A stretch of 63,996 nucleotides of DNA, the filler included, from Elsinoe ampelina (taxonomy: Eukaryota): NCBI GenBank assembly GCA_010093995.1. It is 4 parts of 4 records of this genome, joined end to end, with 100 filler letters (N's around TTAATTAATTAA, not from the genome) between each part and the next. Parts side by side here need not be neighbours in the genome. Positions count along the whole stretch, not along the records: positions 27,954 to 55,781 come from ML992558.1; 3 more parts are not named here. One strand, 5' to 3'. A program made the translations under genes and the position numbers. Every line of letters begins with the position of its first letter. Within the stretch, counting starts at the first letter, position 1. Shown here piece by piece: positions 37,111 to 49,671 of the stretch. The notes beneath the pieces are model-generated. The model did not search any database and was not told the DNA's origin. It saw only the letters and a list, made by a program, of their open reading frames with translations.

Positions 37111-37487
37111 GCTGGGTGCATTTTGATGTGGACGGCGATATACAGACACAAATGTCGGGATAGCTCAGGGTAGACACTACGACCAGCAGTCCCACATATC
37201 ATGGTTGATAGGCAAGCCATCATTCTATCATACATAATGCCGGTCACTAATAATATCAAAGAACTCACACAAAGAATCGTACTCTTTTGACAAAGCCATA
37301 CGTCAAGAACAAAGCAATGTGCCTACATGGAACAAAGTATCGGCGCCCTCTTCATGCGAGTCATTGTCTTGTCCAAGCGTATGACAAAGACTCAACACCG
37401 TCCTTGTCGCCTATCCCAACCTCTACAAATATGCCCCCAACCCTCACCCACTTACAGAACCACCTTTCTTTCTCTTTTCCCACCGTC

Positions 37488-38345
37488 ATGTCTCAATCAC
37501 TCATCAAGATGTTCTCCGACCTCACCATCACCGACAAGGTCCGTTTCCTTGACCTCCCTCCTGAAATCCGTCAGATGGTCTACAAGCATGCCGTCCCCGA
37601 CACGGTGTACGTCCGACAAGACCTGCCCGACTCTACCATGACCGCCACCAACCCAAACAACAACGACCACACCACGCTCAACATCGTCCGCGCCTGCAAG
37701 ACCACCCATGCCGAGTTTGCTCACATGTACTACGGGCGGACCGAGTTCTGGTTCACCGACGTGGAAGACGCCAACCTCTTCTTCGCCACCGTCGGCGCTA
37801 ACAGTGCACAGATCCGCCACGTCCGCATCGAACACCCCGACCCCCTCACCCCATCCCTCGGTTTGCAAAGCGTCAGTTGGGCCTTTACCGAGCACCTGAC
37901 GACCCTCCGTCTCGACCTCCCGGACTCCATCATCGACGACCCCAAGTTGCACAAAGCCCTCGCTCACTGGGTCATCAAGTCTGACTTCTGTCCCGAGAAG
38001 AAGTATATCAAGGCCATGTTGGGTGGTACGCTTCCTCTCGAGACCTTGAGGGAGATTGCCAATGGCAACCACCCGAAGGAGACTTGGACTTCTACGGTTG
38101 AGAAGTTGGTCTTGGCGCCTTGTCCTGGTCATGCCGAGGGGTCGATCTTCAAGGGGAACAAGGGTGATTATAACTGTCAGTGTCGCGGTGGTGTCAAGTA
38201 TCGCAAGGCCTACAAGGTGTTGTGGGAGTTGTCGTTCCTGGACAGGCACAATATCAGTGGTGTCATGCTCCACGGTAAGAGGTTCCAGGATGGTAAGTGG
38301 AGGGTCAAGAAACTCAAGGAGAAGGTCCCCAAGGATGCGGAGTAG
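37488..38345 (+). CDS. F-box-like/Cys-knuckle family member 3 (tandem duplicate of member 2)
   Basis: FLDLPPEIRQMVY; ACKTTHAEFAHMYY; CPGH...CQC; flanks also resemble member 2. Confidence 0.82.
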   Translation: MSQSLIKMFSDLTITDKVRFLDLPPEIRQMVYKHAVPDTVYVRQDLPDSTMTATNPNNNDHTTLNIVRACKTTHAEFAHMYYGRTEFWFTDVEDANLFFATVGANSAQIRHVRIEHPDPLTPSLGLQSVSWAFTEHLTTLRLDLPDSIIDDPKLHKALAHWVIKSDFCPEKKYIKAMLGGTLPLETLREIANGNHPKETWTSTVEKLVLAPCPGHAEGSIFKGNKGDYNCQCRGGVKYRKAYKVLWELSFLDRHNISGVMLHGKRFQDGKWRVKKLKEKVPKDAE

Positions 38346-38690
38346 ATTGGGTGCATCTTGATGTGGTGGTCGTGATATGGTGGCCCAGGTTGAAGACCTG
38401 GTAGCAGTTCGTCTGCTTTTTCCTATGTTCTGACAATGATGGTGGCAGATAGCTATACGGCTTTGAATGAGAAAACTTTCCCGACCAGTGTTCCAGCATC
38501 TGATGTGATATGGTCCGCGCTCGCCACACCGGTCATGTGCTTTCACATGCTCCTTGGCTCCTGCCGCAAATTCTCCGGTCGTGACTCTCAGTCTTTCACG
38601 AAAGCCTTTACCTCTTCTTCTTCATCACCACACTTCCATTCTCTCTTGCACGTCACCAAGTGACATCTATCTCTTGGTAGTCTTTTGATC

Positions 38691-39832
38691 ATGGCGATAG
38701 CACCTGGCGTATTTCGCAACTTGATGGAGAGGCAGGCGATCAGAAAGAGACAGCGTCCAATCGCTGGCACAGATACTGAAGTGACAGCATCACAGACCAC
38801 TCCGGATCAATCAAAGGGCGGTGTGACCATCCTCCAGGAGCCCGGACCGGGAGTCATGCGCAGCCTGCCTACCCTGCTCACCACTTACGGGACCCTCGCC
38901 ACTTCTTTCTCTCTGGCTACTTCAGCGGATCAGGGCTCCGAGGTAAGAGTTCACATAGGTGTGACCAAAGACTTGGACTCACATGCCTTCTAGTTCGACG
39001 CCAGTCGCAATGTCTATCGCCAAGTCGTTACGATTGAGTCTTCCATACCCTTCGAGGTCATTCCGGTTAGTGTCAACAGTGACATCCTATTTATTGTGGG
39101 GATACTGACTAGGATCAGAAACTCGTGAAGAAGCAGCAAGACAAGGACACTCACAACTTCACAATCCGCATGTGCCCGACCGACCGTAACTATTTCCGCT
39201 TCATGGATCTCCCGGCCGAAATCAGAGCCATGGTGCTGAGCCATGTGCTTGCCCGCAGGGAATTCATTCGCCTGGACTTCGACCGTGCTTCAAAAAAGTC
39301 TACCATGCCTCCAAGGGCATACATCGGCAACGACAATGCCATGCTCTTCGTCAACAAGTTCCTACACAACGAATCTGCCGGAATCTTCTATGGAATGAAC
39401 GAATTCCGTTTTGCGTCAACGACTATCTTTGTCCGCTTCATGAAAATGATCGGGAAGAATGCTGGCTTCATCGGTAACCTGAAGATTGAGTACAGATGTC
39501 TCACCAATGGATTTGAGGCCGCGGCGGCACTGTCAACTTGCCACTCGCTCGAGCGACTCCACTGGCCACTCTCTTGGTCTCAGCGCCACACTCACGAAGA
39601 GCAAGTGCAGGCGTTGTACAAAGCCCTGTGGTGTTACTTCGCTAGACATGCCAACTCATCGGGCGGAATTGAGGGTGGCATGGCTGGGATTTCCATCGGA
39701 TCATGTGGTCCGAGGCACGCCCAGTATGCCCCCAACCTGATCCGGCCTTCGGCGACGGACTGTGATGCATGCAAGTTCCGCAACGACCTCCGTGCACTAG
39801 CTCTCGGAGACTTCCCGGTGCAGAAGGAGTAG
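38691..39832 (+). CDS. F-box-like/Cys-knuckle family member 4; introns 38943-38993 and 39066-39112
   Basis: Phase-0 introns join three exons; FRFMDLPAEIRAMVL; IFYGMNEFRF; CGPRH...CDAC. Confidence 0.78.
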
Positions 39833-40163
39833 ATAGGCTATGGCGATGCGTTTGAGGCTGAGAAATGAGGTGTGGCGACAGATGTGGATAGGTGGTTTGC
39901 GTCTGTCATTCTGGCACCAAATTTGTTTGTGGTGCCAGACAAGCAGGAAGACAGTGTGAGATTCCCCAAAAGTGGGCGTCAGATCCGCCACTATCTCAAG
40001 CTGCAGCGCTTGAGGGCTGTACATATAGCATGCATTAGAGATCTCCGATGTCAGCGGCTTTTCAGTTCCGCTAGAATGAAACAAGTTATTGAGAACATGT
40101 TCTTCCGCTTTCACGATCGCTACGTCATGATTCCAGAGTACCAGACTCCGTTCAGTACCAACT

Positions 40164-41436
40164 CTATCCTCCACCTTCAGACGTTGTAGCAATGAACTCC
40201 TCCTCCGTCAGAATATGGTGCGGTCTACAGGCTGGCTTATCCCCGGGACGGAAATCATCAACAAGCTGCCAGATTCGTCTCCTGTTCTTGAGTCCTCGGG
40301 GACACGATGGTGAGTCTGGAGCTGGTAGGAAGACATCGTCCTGTGCCAGGGTACGTGCAAGTGCTTCCCAGTCCCACTCTTTGCCTCCGGGTGCTGCGGG
40401 ATGGGCATTGATTACCGTGCGATCAAGATCCCAGAGCCAGGGTAAGAGACCGTTTAGCAGAGCGTCTCTCCACATGAATGGGGGGAAGAAGTAGTTGGGC
40501 TCGCGGGATATATTGTCGAGCGGTCGGTGCTGAAACAGGATGGCGGATCTCAGCTCTTCCGGTAGAGCTGTGATGCGGTGAAGCAGTTCACCCCGGCCAT
40601 GGTTCGAATTAGGCATGTCTGTTTGCCATACCGAAGCCATGAGTGCCGGAATATGATCTGGTAGTGGTCGGAGGCCGCTCAAAATGGAATCCGTCAGGTC
40701 TGGGACATGCAGTGGATCTACTTCCAGGTACTGCTCCAGCGTTAGCTCGAAGGCGATGAAAGAAGAACAAATAGCGTCGATACTGACGTAGAACTGAGCA
40801 CAATACTTCTCGTAATCCTCGTCCCACCGGGGGTCTTCTTCCTGATTGTCGCTGTCGTCGTCGTCGATCAAATCGGAGAAGAGGTCCCAGCTTTTCATCT
40901 GCCACCGACCTGCACCATAGTATCGACTGGGGATCTCGACAAAATTGGGCAAGTTGTAGATGCTGGCGAACTGCACCAGTGGTTCCACAGTGTCCCAGAA
41001 GTGGCTTGTATTGCTGACCCTCGTCATGGAGTGGCCAGTGTGGCTCGTCGTGAATCTCTTGCAAATCTCCAGACAAGATTCATGGATGGCTATGATGGTT
41101 CTATATCGCTTCTGGTCGGGCGTGAAAGCCCAGTCCTCCCAGGATGCATTTGTGAGCAGCTTCTCACCCGTCTCTTTGACCGTGAAGCCACGAGCCTCCC
41201 ACGAATTCTCATCCCAGGTGGCAGGCAGCTCAATGATCATGGTAGAGTCCATTCCCTTTTCAAATATCGAGCATTTGGTCAGCAGAGTTGAAACTGCGAG
41301 CCAACTTCGCTGCCAGAGTGATCAGCGGGCTCCGCATGAGTGGCGAGCAACTCACCTTGACACTATCCAGAATGCCGGATCCTTGCCGTGAGTGAGGTAC
41401 CCCACATAAGATGCAGTAACAGGAGAAGTCTCCCAT
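40164..41436 (-). CDS. Pezizomycotina F-box protein of a different type (N-terminal CxxCG, C-terminal F-box); intron 41310-41355 and probable in-frame intron ~40732-40788
   Basis: MGDFSCYCILCG start; HESC; LPEELRSAIL; PWLWDL; WDWEAL; GLKNRRRIW. Confidence 0.75.
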
Positions 41437-42121
41437 GACTGAAGCCTTGGTTTTCAGATGCCGACGGAGTGATCTTCCATGAAGATTGAGGGATGGCTAT
41501 TCTGAGGGATGAGCAGCGCAGGGCTTGCCACGAAACACGCATTGACCCGCGCGCGTATGACAACGGATGCAACAGACAACAAAAGGGGAGCCAGCGGTAG
41601 ACCATTTGTCGCTGGGTACCATTTCAAGCATGTTTACATGATGATGATGGGAAGTGTACGCCACAGCTGAGGTTCCAAACGTGAAACTTCAGCCGCAAAA
41701 GCACCCGCCGGCCAAGAAACCTTCACAAACACTGCCTTCCAACCCATTGGGTCTCAAGCTCCGAACCACATTTTTGACGTGAGTACAGACCTACCAGAGA
41801 CTTGTCAGGTTTTCGACCGCGCCGTGCGATGTTCTGCTGCGGCTCAAGCGTACCAGCTCGCGACTAGGTTGGTGATTCAATGACAAGCTGTGGTTGGCTA
41901 TGAGATGCCACTGAGATGTGGTGAAACCAGCCGATCACGATCATGACCGCCTCGACCGACTGCACGAATGCTGCGCCATACTGTGCCACCGAAACCGAAA
42001 GCTGATATGGAGGGACTCACCGTTGTGGGCGCAATGGAGCTGTTGATGGGGTTGTGTATAAGAGCCAGCGGTTTCTTCGAAGGAGTAGAGTGTAAGTTGG
42101 GTTCTTCTTCCACACGTTCTC

Positions 42122-44903
42122 ATGATGACCCTCTCATCCTTATTCCTCTATTTTTCATGCTTGTTCGCACTAGCCAGGGCACGGCATGACGACTTCGCTC
42201 GTCCCTATCGACGCCAGAGTGCTCCAATCGACATAGTCCCATTTCGCAATGACACCCTGAATGCCACGGCTCCCTCGAGCAGCTTCGGACAACAAGGGAC
42301 CTTGGCTCCCATCAGCGACTTGCCGAGCAGCAGTGCTGCCACGAGCCTGTTCAGTACAACGGTATCACAAGATTCCAGTTCTTCGCCGTTCAGTAGTGCC
42401 GAGCTCACGTCTACGGATCTTCACACAATGAGCGACAGCTCCTCGATAATAGAGTTTCCAGTCTCATCCGAGAACACACCTCATACAATCAAGTCGTCCT
42501 TGGAACCTACCAGTAATAGAGCACCTCTTCCCATCATCACGCCTGTTGAATTGAGCACAGCTGCCGTATCTACCTTGTCAGGAGTCTCAACGGATACGCA
42601 GATCCGTACAACAGACAGCCGAGGTAATGAAGTGGTAGCACCTTTCTTCTGGAAATGCTGGTTCGGCTGCGGTAGCGGTGGCATGCTGCTGTTCGGAGTC
42701 GGCCCTGCTCCGGGAATCTACCCACCCCCGATGCCACCACCGTTCCCAGAACTGCCGACGATTACTATTGGTCACAATGGTATTCCTACTGCAGCAACGT
42801 CACCAGTCCCGACGAGACCTGTCTCTCTTCCCTCGGACAGCCCGTCAAAAACTAATGGAGAGAGTACCGAGACGTCATGCTCCGAAGAAGTAGTAACAAA
42901 GACGATGGTGAGCTGTTTAGCTTCTGTTTCTGGTACAGCCTCTGAAAGTGTCTCATGTATCACTTCTTTCGCGCCCCAAACGGGTTGTGAGATTGTTGGG
43001 ACGGTCACTACGACGACTTCCACCACTTCAACGACATGCTCCGCATGTCAATCGCTCTGCACCAGACTCCCAACCCCAACCGAGTGGGAGCAGTCCGACC
43101 AGGAGATAGATATGGCTTTCACTTACAGCGATGATAAGGAACAGAAACGGTCTATTGCTGGAAGAGTCTCGCTAGACAAGCGGAAAGCTGGAGGGACGTG
43201 GCAGAGTGGACCTTCTATCACTGAATTGGGAGGATGCAAGCTTCCAAATTCTGTTAGGTTACCAAGGTGGCCCGGAGGTCCCGCTCTTCTTAAAAGCGAC
43301 ACGTCGTCCAAGCCGGATGCCTCTCTGGGATTTGAGTCGATGGACCGGTGGTACGTTGCGGGTCTGTCTGGCTGCATACCGACGATCAGCAAAGTCTCCG
43401 GGCAGCAACTCAAAGACAATGCCGAGCAATACAAATTGCTGACGCCTGCTAATGTCGTACCCACCCTCGACCATGCGTACGAAAAAGGATGGCTGAGGGC
43501 GTTCTTTGACACTATGTTCAATGCTGACAACTGTGGACCTATGACCAGCTTGCTCTTCCGGCAATGTACTAATCTCCAAAACATCTTCGATGGATTGGCA
43601 GGGCCCGAGCATCTCGACTTTCTCGGTATGTCGCATTATGCTAACAATCGCTGGAAAGCCATGGTGAGTTGTGTAGAACTTGTCCTCCGAGGGCTGTGTC
43701 AGACTGACTATTGTGCAGATCATGCAGGACCAGCTGGCGACCCTTACGTCTAAGTACCGTGCCTGGAAGGTAGGCGCTGGCTACGTGTGGTCCGGCCATG
43801 GATACCCAGAGAACAAGGACGGCTTGCCACCTGCTGCCACGAAGGTGCTCGGCGCCAAACTGGACCTTGTGGTCAGAGTAGTTGGAGGTTCTTTACTCAT
43901 GCGGACTCCGACCAATATGCCACTCATGCAAGCAACTAACAATCGGCTCTATGGATTATTATTGCGTCTAGACAGTGAACTTGGACAAGACCTAGTCGCT
44001 GCTCAAGTGGGCTTTGCCAGTTTCGCTGATCGCTACAAGACCTACATGGACGACTTTGCCGCGGGCAAGAATGAGGCTGTTGCTTTGGTGAGAGAGCTTA
44101 TCAGCACAACTGAAAAGGACATCGAGGCGAGCAGAGTACTACCGGACGTGGTAGAGGACGAACTCCAGATCTATTCCTCAAAGCTGAACGAGCTCAAGGC
44201 TTTTGTCGCCAACGAAGATCAATGGGCGTTCTCGCTGCAATGGGAGTGGAAAGCGACCATACCGCTAGCGAGAAGAGCTGAAGCCTGCACCAAGCAGGAT
44301 GCAAACCCACAAACTACTGTCCAGTCGTCATCCGACCAGATCAGCACAACCTTGGACACCAATTTGACACCAACGCCGACAATGAGTGTCACCAGCTTAC
44401 CAAGCACCACCACGCAACGACCAAATTCTGCAATGGCCGGAGCTCTCATGTCCCTTTGGTCAAAGGCAGCAGCAGCAGCATCATCGGCTTCCGCAAGCGC
44501 AGCATCGGCGTCGTCCGCTTCCGTGGCATCAGCCTCGTCCGCTTCGGCTGCTGCAGCAGCATCCTCTTTGGCCGAAGCATCAAAGACAGTGGAAGCACCT
44601 CCTCCACCTCCGCCCACTGCCAGTTGCAAGGTCTCTTGGAAGGCAGACACCATGGAGTACTACATCTACGGTAAAGCGTGGGATGCAGCGAAGCTCGACA
44701 TTGATGGTGAACCGGGCAAGGGCGTCTTGGAGCAGACCAAGACGTGCGGTGAGATCACTCAGTACAAGTACGAGAAGCTTCCACCTGGAGATCGCTTCGA
44801 TTTTGAGATCTATTTGCACCACTGGCCTCAGCCTCTCAAGTCATGTATGGAGAAGGCGTTGGTTGCAGCTGGTGCACCGCCGGGTGCGTTTTGTGCGGGA
44901 TAA
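42122..44903 (+). CDS. Large modular secreted protein (Ser/Thr linkers, Cys-rich modules, dibasic sites); intron 43664-43718
   Basis: Signal peptide MMTLSSLFLYFSCLFALARA; phase-0 intron joins the 543- and 407-aa ORFs; DHAYE...FF...N..K domain; C-terminal four-Cys domain. Confidence 0.8.
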
Positions 44904-45682
44904 TGTTAGATAGCTGTAATGTCCGATGTCAACAGATGAATGTATGCTGAAAGGTTGTCAGTATCATCTTTTGGAGGTTGTTTCCATGCACAGCGAATTT
45001 TGTGTGTTTGATCATGGCAAATTGCGATCTGGGCTCAAAGCTCGCTTCTTGATATCTCCGAATGCCAAATCACGACGCAGCGTCAATTCATCCTGTCTCT
45101 CAGTCGTCTGTTGACATCGTTTTGAAAGACACGAGTTGTGGGAAGGAGCAAAGGATGGCGGTCAAACAAAGAAAGAGCTTCATTCGTGACCTCGGAGATC
45201 GGCAAGCTTCATTCCGACGTCCTTTCTTTCCACCGTGAGCAACGTTTCTACAATACAAAGCCATCACACCCGAATCTCGAGTCAAAAGTATTGTCCAGTG
45301 CTTGGAAATGAGGACGACGTCTGGATATATGCAATACGAGTCGTCAAGGGCGGTTTTGAGGTCCTCCATCGGATAGTCCACGAGCACATCCTGCAACCCA
45401 GCACCAACTTCGCAATGGTCCACCAAGTCTAGAGGAGTACCAGAAGAGACGGAGCAACATGGAAATGGTCCATATCGATGTCGATGTACAGTGCGATCAA
45501 GACCCTGTCGCCAGACCGAAAATACTACCAGGCACGGCCAGGGCTGGAGCGAGGAGGGTTGGAATGATCCAGGTCGTCTTTCGAGATCGCCATTGAACTA
45601 CCAGGAGCCAGGTACCAGGTACCAGGATGACAGGCGAGCATCCCAATTAACGCTCGCTTCGACTAGGTACTACCAGCACCCC

Positions 45683-47196
45683 TCAGTAATCCTCCAACCC
45701 TGTGTTCAAATACCAGGCTGGGTCTTGCTCGAGTTCTCTTCGAAATGCATTTACCGCCCGAGTGCGGTCTTGCAATCCCTCGTAGCAATTGCATCGGCCC
45801 CAGCATGTGTGGACGCTCTCTATCGACACAATCTGGCAGCGTCGCTGTATCGGCTCTGGGAACGGCATCAAGAAGCTGGCATCCTCCGTGGGCACAGGCT
45901 GGTCGTCAGAGCTATCAGGGCTGTTGGCGTTCTCTATGGAGTTCTTCCATAGTTGCTCGGGTGACGCTTCGCCGATCGTGGGGCATAGGATACCACCGGC
46001 GTACTCGGTCATCCACGCATCGAGCGGGTCGATGGGGGAATCACTAGCCCACACGATGGGGACGCCGCTGAAGTGCACGATAGACTCGTCATCTGAGCTG
46101 GCCTCGGAGCCTCCATCGGACATCACGTCAGCCTCACTCTCACCCTCCATGACGAGCTCCAACTTGACCTCTGGCTCCTGGCAACCGTCGCAGGTATGTA
46201 CCCGCACCTTGCTCAGGACTTCCTCTCGGGCCGCCTTGTCCCCTCCCATGCGCTTCACCCATGCCCTCATGATGAGGACAAAGGTCTGCTTCCAGTCGGA
46301 CGAGATGCAATCGACCTTGCCAAGCCGAAAGCGGGAGACATGGCGGCCCAAGAAGTCGACCTTGCTCGCGACCTCGACCTTCTTTACTGTCAAGAGCTCT
46401 TCCAGCAGCTCCATGCCGGAGGCTTCGTTCCAGGAGCTGACGAACCATTTCCTGGCCATGGTTAGGCCCAACTCTCTCGCCATCGAGCAGTACTTCAGAG
46501 CCGTATCAGACGACTCGAAAATGAAGATGTTCCGCTCGTAGAACATCCTCACTCCAGCGTGGCGGAGGTTGCGGCAGACCTGCAGTATGCAGTGGCGATA
46601 TGCCTTCCAGCTTACATGGTCTTCGGGAGCTTCCGTATCGGAGAACATGGTGGATGAGGGGGCGCCAATCTCTTCGGAATCTTCGACTAGGAGTAGCTCG
46701 AGAATCATGTTTGTAATCTCTCGGGGCAGCTCTAGATCGTGGGCTTTGTTCTTCGGGACAAGGAAGTCTGTCTGGTCGACAGCGTTATGGATGGTCTGAT
46801 TTGGTTAGCAGAGACTTCGCTAGCTGTTGGAGGAGCACTTACTCGAGTGTGGACGTTCAAGGAGATGTAATCATACTCGTCTGCTTCGTTGTTGGGGGTC
46901 GCATTGACTCTGCTCTGGGCATTGGGGTTGCTTCTGATGGTATTTGATGGTTCTGCATCATCCTTTGTTTCGGCGAAGCTGTCAGGAGTGCGATCGGTGG
47001 CTTTGTCGTCTCTCTTTGTCTGAGCGCGCTGCATCTCTTCTGCGCTGGAGGGTTCTCTGCGAGCATGTAGCTTGTTCTGGGACTGTCAGCTTCATTCTTG
47101 ATCTGCATAAACTGCACTCACGAGGATGTGGTTGAGGCGTTGTTGCTGGTGTGGTCTGGATTGATCCGCGGCCGGAGTTGTGGATGAGGACGGCAT
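45683..47196 (-). CDS. F-box-like/Cys-knuckle family member 5; introns 47077-47121 and 46796-46842
   Basis: Spliced LELPREITNMILELLL; ILQVCRNLR...MFYERNIFIF; VHTCDGC...(acidic insert)...VHTCWGRCNC. Confidence 0.78.
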
Positions 47197-48010
47197 TTTG
47201 AGCTTGGATGATTTGCTTCTCTGATTCTGATGGCAATGATCTGATCAATTGTAATCGACGAGGGGAAAGTGCTCAAAATGGTGTGCGCGGTGTTGTTGTT
47301 GTTTGGGCTGTGGGCGAAATCACACGGGAGAAGCCGACTTCACCAGAGGCACTGAAATTCGCTCACAGCTTGCCACCTGCTTTTGGAACATCTTGAGCAT
47401 GCGACACCCGAATTCGTCGAGGGTACACGGGCAACAGACGGGGCTCAATGTCTACCATACCCGAACCATGACAATCACGCTTCAAGATTTCAAGGACTGC
47501 ACTGTCAGCAGCATTTGGTCAAGCTTGACGGAGGCATTGATCAATTTCGCCCCCTGTGACACTCGCTGGCGCCGATATCCCACCAGGCTCGCTATGCATC
47601 CATCAGTCAATCGCATGCCCAGGCTCCCACTCGGGCTCTAGCCATTCTACCATCGTATGGCTGAAATCCTTGCAGACCACATTCGCGCTGACAACGATCA
47701 ATGCGGCGCTCGTGGCAGCATCGTTATGCTCAAGTGGTCACAGCAGCAATATATCATGAAAGGGACAAGCTGAATCGCCGGACTTCTAATTGTGCTCTAA
47801 CTCTGCCTGGTACTGATGCTGGTCTCTATCTCATGCTTGGGGAAATGCTTGGGGATATTGTCAATCATGTGGTCGCTGGCAGTATCTATCCTATTCTCGA
47901 GGAAATTTCTCGACTCTAGCCGTGGCCAGCTTGTTGTCCCTCGTGTATGCCAACACCTTGTTCACTCCTTCCGCCATGTCGCTCGCTGCGCCACTTCCCA
48001 CACCCTCAGC

Positions 48011-49300
48011 CTACATCTTCATGTCGATACGCAGCTTGTTGCCCTCCTTTGTGGTCAACCACGTCTTCTGCTCCTCGAACCACGCCGTCATTCGTGTCGA
48101 GAACCGCTCCCTTATCTCCTGCCAATGGAGGCAGAAGCAATTGTAAGCTCCCGGTTGTCCTGACTGGCATCGCTCGCAAGTACCGATGACTATGGTTCGC
48201 ATGACCGCGTTGAAATTCTCTTCGGTGACTCCTTTGCCGGCGATGGCCCATGTCGCAGAATGGATGAGAGCTCTGAGGTCGATCTCGTCCACTACGGATT
48301 CAGTTGTCATCTTGCAATCTCCGGACATGAGCTTGTCAAACAACTTTCCGGTTTGCTTGCCCGACATGACGCCGATCTTGATGTTTCGGATGTGAGTCGC
48401 GTGGGGCCCAACGCTGTCGAAGAACTTGAGCGCGCCTTCGGCTTCGTGAAAGTAGAAAGACCTTGTGCCGTAGAACATGGGAGCGACCAGGCTACGGAGG
48501 AATCTGTTTTTGACCTTGAGCAGCGCCGGACCAACGGTGTCTCTCGTGTTGCGTGTCTTTCCGGTCGGATAGACGCAGACGTCTCCTTGGTCGATGATGA
48601 CGGCAATGATCATGTTCATGATCTCCTTGGGCAACCTCATGAACGGGAAACCGGCGTGTTTATTGACAACGAGAGTGAGTCCGTCGCTGTGAAATCCGGA
48701 GAGGAGCTGGGTCTATTCAAAATCAGCGTATTTTCATTGACCGAGGACCTTCACGTTACTCACCTCGTGAATGGAGAAAGGCTTGCGAGAGATGATCTCG
48801 ATGACTGTGTGATAACCCTCGTACCCGACAATCGGCTATTGCTGTCAGCTTGACCTCAGCTCGTCGTCTGCAATAAGGTGGACTTACCTCGGCGTTGACA
48901 CCATCACCTGAAATGGACAGCGTGACGTGCTGGTGTGTACCATCCTGGGCTGCGATAAGAGCGCTTTTCTGGTTCGCTGCGCCTTTCCTTTCATGCTACG
49001 CTTGGTGTTAGCGCGCCCAAATCATCTCATGATACTGTAACTCACGAAGAATGGGTTCTTGTCATAAGGCTCCTCGCGATCTGCTCCACGCGTCTTCTTG
49101 TTGAACGCAGTCGTGGCTGCAGGCTTCTTGATTGCTTTCTTGGTAACACCCTCTTGGGGGACCTTGGTCTTCGTGGCAGTCTTCTTCGACTTGATGGAAG
49201 CGCTTTTCGCCTTGGCGACGGAGGTATTGCGTCTCGCTGCGCCACTGGCAGACTTTTTGTTTGCGTTGCGCGAGGCGTTGGCGTTGTTGGAGCGCGCCAT
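48011..49300 (-). CDS. F-box-like/Cys-knuckle family member 6; introns 48996-49045, 48836-48887, 48713-48763
   Basis: Lys/Ala-rich N-terminus; FPFMRLPKEIMNMII; MFYGTRSFYF; CERC...CFC; all three introns are phase-0 GT-AG. Confidence 0.8.
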
Positions 49301-49671
49301 GATGGTGGTTGACTTGGTGAATGTGTTGTGTGATAGGTGAAGTGGAAGAGGTGGCAGATAGGCTTTTATACACAATGCGCACGGACGCGGTATCTTCAAG
49401 CGGCAGGTGCCGCCCTAGCATCTGATCTGGTAGCGGCCGATCCAGTCCCCCGGTACAAGATCTTGAGGTCACGCTCGCTCAGGTATCATACCACTCGAGC
49501 CTATCACTACCAGGAGGCGGTCACAACTCGGTCTGAATCCCTGATTGATGCTCTGATATCTATGCTATCTGTGAAGTCTACTGGCTCCAGCTGCAGGCTT
49601 GCATGCTCAAGATTTTCTCATCTCTTCGACTCGGTCCTCATCCCCTCGACTGAGCTTCTCTGACGACCCGA

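Noticed and set aside
45100..45426. 108-aa ORF as a gene or additional array member
   Set aside because: Lacks the F-box and Cys motifs and I recognise no homology; unsupported.
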